Below are positions 60,746 through 64,000 of a stretch of 64,000 nucleotides of DNA, one piece after another. The notes beneath the pieces are model-generated. The model did no database searches. It had not been told where the DNA came from and saw only the letters and a program-made list of their open reading frames with translations. Positions within the stretch are counted from its first letter, which is position 1. Every line of letters starts with the position of its first letter. This DNA comes from Candidatus Eiseniibacteriota bacterium (GTDB lineage: Bacteria; Eisenbacteria; RBG-16-71-46; CAVPCR01), in contig CAVPCR010000001.1 in NCBI GenBank assembly GCA_963702435.1, positions 864,001 to 928,000 on the forward strand, written 5' to 3'. A program made the translations under genes and the position numbers.

Positions 60746-60993
60746 CCACGCTCCGGGAGACTCTCGAACGGCAGGCCAGGTGGCAACGAGAGCGGGCGCA
60801 ACTCTCCTGGCCCGAGAAGATCCGGCTCGCAGAGGTGATGCGGGAAGCGCTCCTCGTGCTGCGTGCCGGGAGGCCGCCGCGCGAGCAACCGCGCGAGCAG
60901 CCACCCGAGCAGCCGCCCGAGCAGCCGCGCGAGCAGCCGCGCGAGCAGCCACCCGAGCATCCAGCAGCGGAGCCCCCGGGCGATGGTTCCTAG
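60742..60993 (+). CDS. Small helical partner protein with a (R/P)EQP repeat tail
   Basis: ATGA overlap; RQARWQRERAQLSWPEKIR. Confidence 0.65.
   Translation: MTTLRETLERQARWQRERAQLSWPEKIRLAEVMREALLVLRAGRPPREQPREQPPEQPPEQPREQPREQPPEHPAAEPPGDGS
60877..60963 (+). repeat. 12-bp tandem repeat (about 7 copies) encoding P(R/P)EQ
   Basis: CCRCSCGAGCAG-like units. Confidence 0.85.
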
Positions 60994-61060
60994 CTCCCGC
61001 CCTGGTTCCCCGCCCTAGATCCCCGTTGCCGCCCGCCCCCGCCTCTGCTAAGAACGCCCC

Positions 61061-62668
61061 GTGGACACGCTACAGAGTCACATCTCGACCCGTTCGCCCG
61101 AGTTCCAGGCGAACGCCGCCCATCATCGCCGCCTCGCCGCAGAGCTCCGCGAGCGCCTCGCCGCGGCGCGCCGCGGCGGCCCCGAGGCCGCGGTCACGCT
61201 CCACCGCCAGCGCGGGAAGCTCATGCCGCGCGAGCGGATCGAGCGCCTCCTCGATCCCGCCACTCCATTCCTCGAGCTCTCCGGCCTCGCCGCCCACGGG
61301 CTCCACAAGGGCGAGGTGCCGGCAGCCGGGATCGTGACCGGGATCGGCCTCGTCGCCGGGCGCGAGTGCATGATCGTCGCCAACGACGCCACCGTGAAGG
61401 GCGGCACCTACTTCCCCGAGACGATCAAGAAGCACATCCGCGCCCAGGAGATCGCGCTCGACAACCGCCTGCCCACGATCTACCTCGTCGACTCGGGCGG
61501 CGTCTTCCTGCCGCTCCAGGCCGAGGTCTTCCCCGACAAGGAGCACTTCGGCCGCATCTTCTACAACCAGGCGGTGATGTCGTCGCTCAACATCCCCCAG
61601 GTGGCGGTCGTCCTCGGCATGTGCACCGCGGGCGGGGCCTACGTGCCCGCGATGTCGGACGAGAACATCATCGTCAAGGAACAGGGCACGATCTACCTCG
61701 GCGGTCCGCCGCTCGTCAAGGCGGCGACCGGCGAGGAGGTGACGACCGAGGAGCTCGGCGGCGGCGACATGCACTCGCGCGTCTCCGGCGTCACCGATCA
61801 CCTCGCCGCCGACGAGGAGGAAGCGCTCCACGTCTGCCGGAACGTGATCGAGAACCTGAACTCGGTGAAGCAGGTCGCGCTCGACGTGGTACGGCCGGAG
61901 GATCCGCTCTACGCGGCGGAGGAGGTCTACGGGGTCCTCCCCACCGACACCCGCCATCCCTACGACGTGCACGAGCTCATCGCCCGCCTCGTCGACGGGA
62001 GCCGCTTCCACGAGTTCAAGGCCAACTACGGCCCGACCCTCGTCACCGGCTTCGCGCGCTGGATGGGCTACCCGGTCGGCATCGTCGCCAACAACGGCGT
62101 CCTCTTCTCCGAGAGCTCGCTCAAGGCCACGCACTTCATCGAGCTCTCGAGCCAGCGCCGGATCCCGCTCCTCTTCCTGCAGAACATCACCGGCTTCATG
62201 GTCGGAAAGCGCTACGAGCAGGGCGGCATCTCGAAGGACGGCGCCAAGATGGTGCAGGCGGTCGCCACCGCCGCCGTGCCGCGCATCACCGTGATCATCG
62301 GCGCCTCGCATGGCGCCGGCAACTATGCCATGTGCGGCCGCGGCTACCGCCCGCGCTTCCTGTTCACGTGGCCGAACGCGCGCGTCTCGGTGATGGGCGC
62401 CGAGCAGGCGGCGAGCGTGCTCGTCCAGGTCAAGAAGGACCAGCTCGCGCGCGAGGGCAAGACCCTCTCGCACGAGGAGGCGGAGAAGATCGCCGCTCCC
62501 GTCCTCGAGAAGTACGAGCGCGAGGGCAGCCCCTATTTCGGCACCGCTTACCTGTGGGACGACGGCATCATCGACCCGGCGGAGACCCGCCGGGTGGTCG
62601 GCCTCGCCCTCTCGGCGACGCTCAACGCACCGATCCCGGCGAGCACCGCCCCCGTGTACAGGATGTGA
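61061..62668 (+). CDS. liuB: 3-methylcrotonyl-CoA carboxylase beta (carboxyltransferase) subunit
   Basis: [63 protein letters not shown]. Confidence 0.93.
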   Translation: MDTLQSHISTRSPEFQANAAHHRRLAAELRERLAAARRGGPEAAVTLHRQRGKLMPRERIERLLDPATPFLELSGLAAHGLHKGEVPAAGIVTGIGLVAGRECMIVANDATVKGGTYFPETIKKHIRAQEIALDNRLPTIYLVDSGGVFLPLQAEVFPDKEHFGRIFYNQAVMSSLNIPQVAVVLGMCTAGGAYVPAMSDENIIVKEQGTIYLGGPPLVKAATGEEVTTEELGGGDMHSRVSGVTDHLAADEEEALHVCRNVIENLNSVKQVALDVVRPEDPLYAAEEVYGVLPTDTRHPYDVHELIARLVDGSRFHEFKANYGPTLVTGFARWMGYPVGIVANNGVLFSESSLKATHFIELSSQRRIPLLFLQNITGFMVGKRYEQGGISKDGAKMVQAVATAAVPRITVIIGASHGAGNYAMCGRGYRPRFLFTWPNARVSVMGAEQAASVLVQVKKDQLAREGKTLSHEEAEKIAAPVLEKYEREGSPYFGTAYLWDDGIIDPAETRRVVGLALSATLNAPIPASTAPVYRM

Positions 62669-63450
62669 TGAACGCTCCCGCGACGCTGCGCATCGATCGC
62701 GACGGCCCGATCATGACGGTGCGGCTCCACCGCCCCGAGGTGCGAAACGCGTTCAACGAGGTGCTGATCGCGGAGCTCACGCAGACCTTCGCGGGTGTGG
62801 GCGACGACGTCCGCGCGGTCATCCTCTGCGGCGAGGGCCCCGCCTTCTGCGCCGGCGCCGACGTCAACTGGCTCAAGAAGTCGATCACCTACACGGAGGC
62901 CGAGAACGAGCGCGACGCGATGGCGATGGCGGCCATGTTCCGCACGATCGACCGGGCGCCGTGCCCCGTGATCGGGCGCGTGCACGGCGCGGCGCTCGGC
63001 GGCGCGATGGGGCTCATCGCGGTCTGCGACATGGTGGTCGCCGCCGAGGATGCGCAGTTCGGATTCACCGAGGTCCGGCTCGGCATCCTCCCGGCGGTGA
63101 TCTCGACGTTCGTCCTCCCGAAGATCGGGCCGGCCGCCGCGCGCCGCTACTTCCTGACCGGGGAGATCTTCGGAGCACCGGTCGCCCGGGCGATGGGCCT
63201 CGTGCACGAGATCGCGCCCGCGGCCGAGCTCGACGCCCGGGTCGGCGCGCTCACGACGGCGCTCCGCGCCGCGGGCCCGCGCGGGGTGGCCGCGGCCAAG
63301 GTCCTCGTCCGCGAGATGCTCGCGCGCGCCGCCGACCAGGACGCGGCCGCCGCGCACGCGGCGCGCACGATCGCCCGCATCCGCGTCTCTCCGGAGGGGC
63401 AGGAGGGTCTCGGCGCCTTCCTCGACAAGCGCAAGCCGCGCTGGGCCTGA
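62668..63450 (+). CDS. liuC: Methylglutaconyl-CoA hydratase (crotonase family)
   Basis: RPEVRNAF, FCAGAD, GAALGGAMG, TEVRLGILPAVIS, EGQEGLGAFLDKRKP; coupled to liuB. Confidence 0.88.
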   Translation: MNAPATLRIDRDGPIMTVRLHRPEVRNAFNEVLIAELTQTFAGVGDDVRAVILCGEGPAFCAGADVNWLKKSITYTEAENERDAMAMAAMFRTIDRAPCPVIGRVHGAALGGAMGLIAVCDMVVAAEDAQFGFTEVRLGILPAVISTFVLPKIGPAAARRYFLTGEIFGAPVARAMGLVHEIAPAAELDARVGALTTALRAAGPRGVAAAKVLVREMLARAADQDAAAAHAARTIARIRVSPEGQEGLGAFLDKRKPRWA

Positions 63451-63692
63451 GCGGCGCCGCCCGGCCCAGTTGCGCCTTCGTATCGTCAAGTACAGCAACA
63501 ACATACGGACGCCCGCAATATTCACGAGCGCTTCCCGCCGAACGTGGTAGCATGCTGGACCTTGTAAGACGGCGGGAGCACGTGGATGCCCCAGCGTCCG
63601 CCTCCTGGACGGTCCAGGAGGGCCGCCGCTTAGTGATAGTCAGGCCCTCAATGCATCGGCCGTCGCGAGACGGCACAGCTCACGGAGAAGGT

Positions 63693-64000
63693 ATGTTGAA
63701 GAATACGCTGATGATGGTGGCGCTCGTCGCCCTGTCGCTTTTCCTCGCCACCGGCTGCAGCCAGGACAAGACCTTGGCCGACACGGCCATCAAGAACGCC
63801 GAGAAGGCGCTCACCGACATGGGCGCCGACGCCATGGCGTACATGCCCGATGAGTTCAAGGCGGCTCAGGACGCCCTCGCCGCGGCGAAGGCCGCCTTCG
63901 AGCAGGGCAAGTACAAGGATGCCCTCACCGCGGCCCAGCAGATCGCGACCCAGGCCCCGGAGATGGCCACCGCGATCGCGACCCGCAAGGATGAGATGAG
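63693..64000 (+). CDS. Helical lipoprotein (DUF4398-like), 3' end beyond the window
   Basis: My translation: MLKNTLMMVALVALSLFLATGCSQDKTLADTAIKNAEKAL...YMPDEFKAAQDALAAAKAAFEQGKYKDA; ATGC lipobox. Confidence 0.75.
   Translation, partial: MLKNTLMMVALVALSLFLATGCSQDKTLADTAIKNAEKALTDMGADAMAYMPDEFKAAQDALAAAKAAFEQGKYKDALTAAQQIATQAPEMATAIATRKDEM

Noticed and set aside
1..64000. Prophage, IS element, integron, tRNA or rRNA
   Set aside because: No integrase, transposase or phage structural genes, and no RNA-gene signatures recognised.

Overview
This is a very GC-rich bacterial chromosomal window with about 45 genes and no rRNA, tRNA, CRISPR array, transposase or integrase that I can support. Secreted proteins with a FlgD-Ig/T9SS-like tail or a C-terminal TWGxIK motif suggest an FCB-superphylum candidate lineage such as Eisenbacteria or Latescibacteria (inference). 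Single-base frameshifts, about a dozen or more in acrB alone, point to a long-read or low-coverage assembly. The content includes many secreted peptidases (two S8, S41, M16-like) plus a cytoplasmic S9A, redox and metal genes, envelope-modifying enzymes and liuB-liuC. The most interesting parts are: (1) a DUF2760 - Hsp70 - Hsp70/DUF3731 operon whose membrane-anchored DUF2760 protein looks GrpE-like, split by a MazF-type toxin-antitoxin (TA) cassette with its own promoter and operator; (2) glycogen branching enzyme glgB translationally coupled inside a TolC-MFP-AcrB efflux operon; (3) a metallophosphoesterase / VIT-vWA / ECF-sigma / small-protein cluster; (4) a standalone MORC-like GHKL ATPase; (5) two further uncharacterised TA-like gene pairs; and (6) several short tandem arrays at start codons or in intergenic DNA. 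All family calls come from motif recognition, not database searches.
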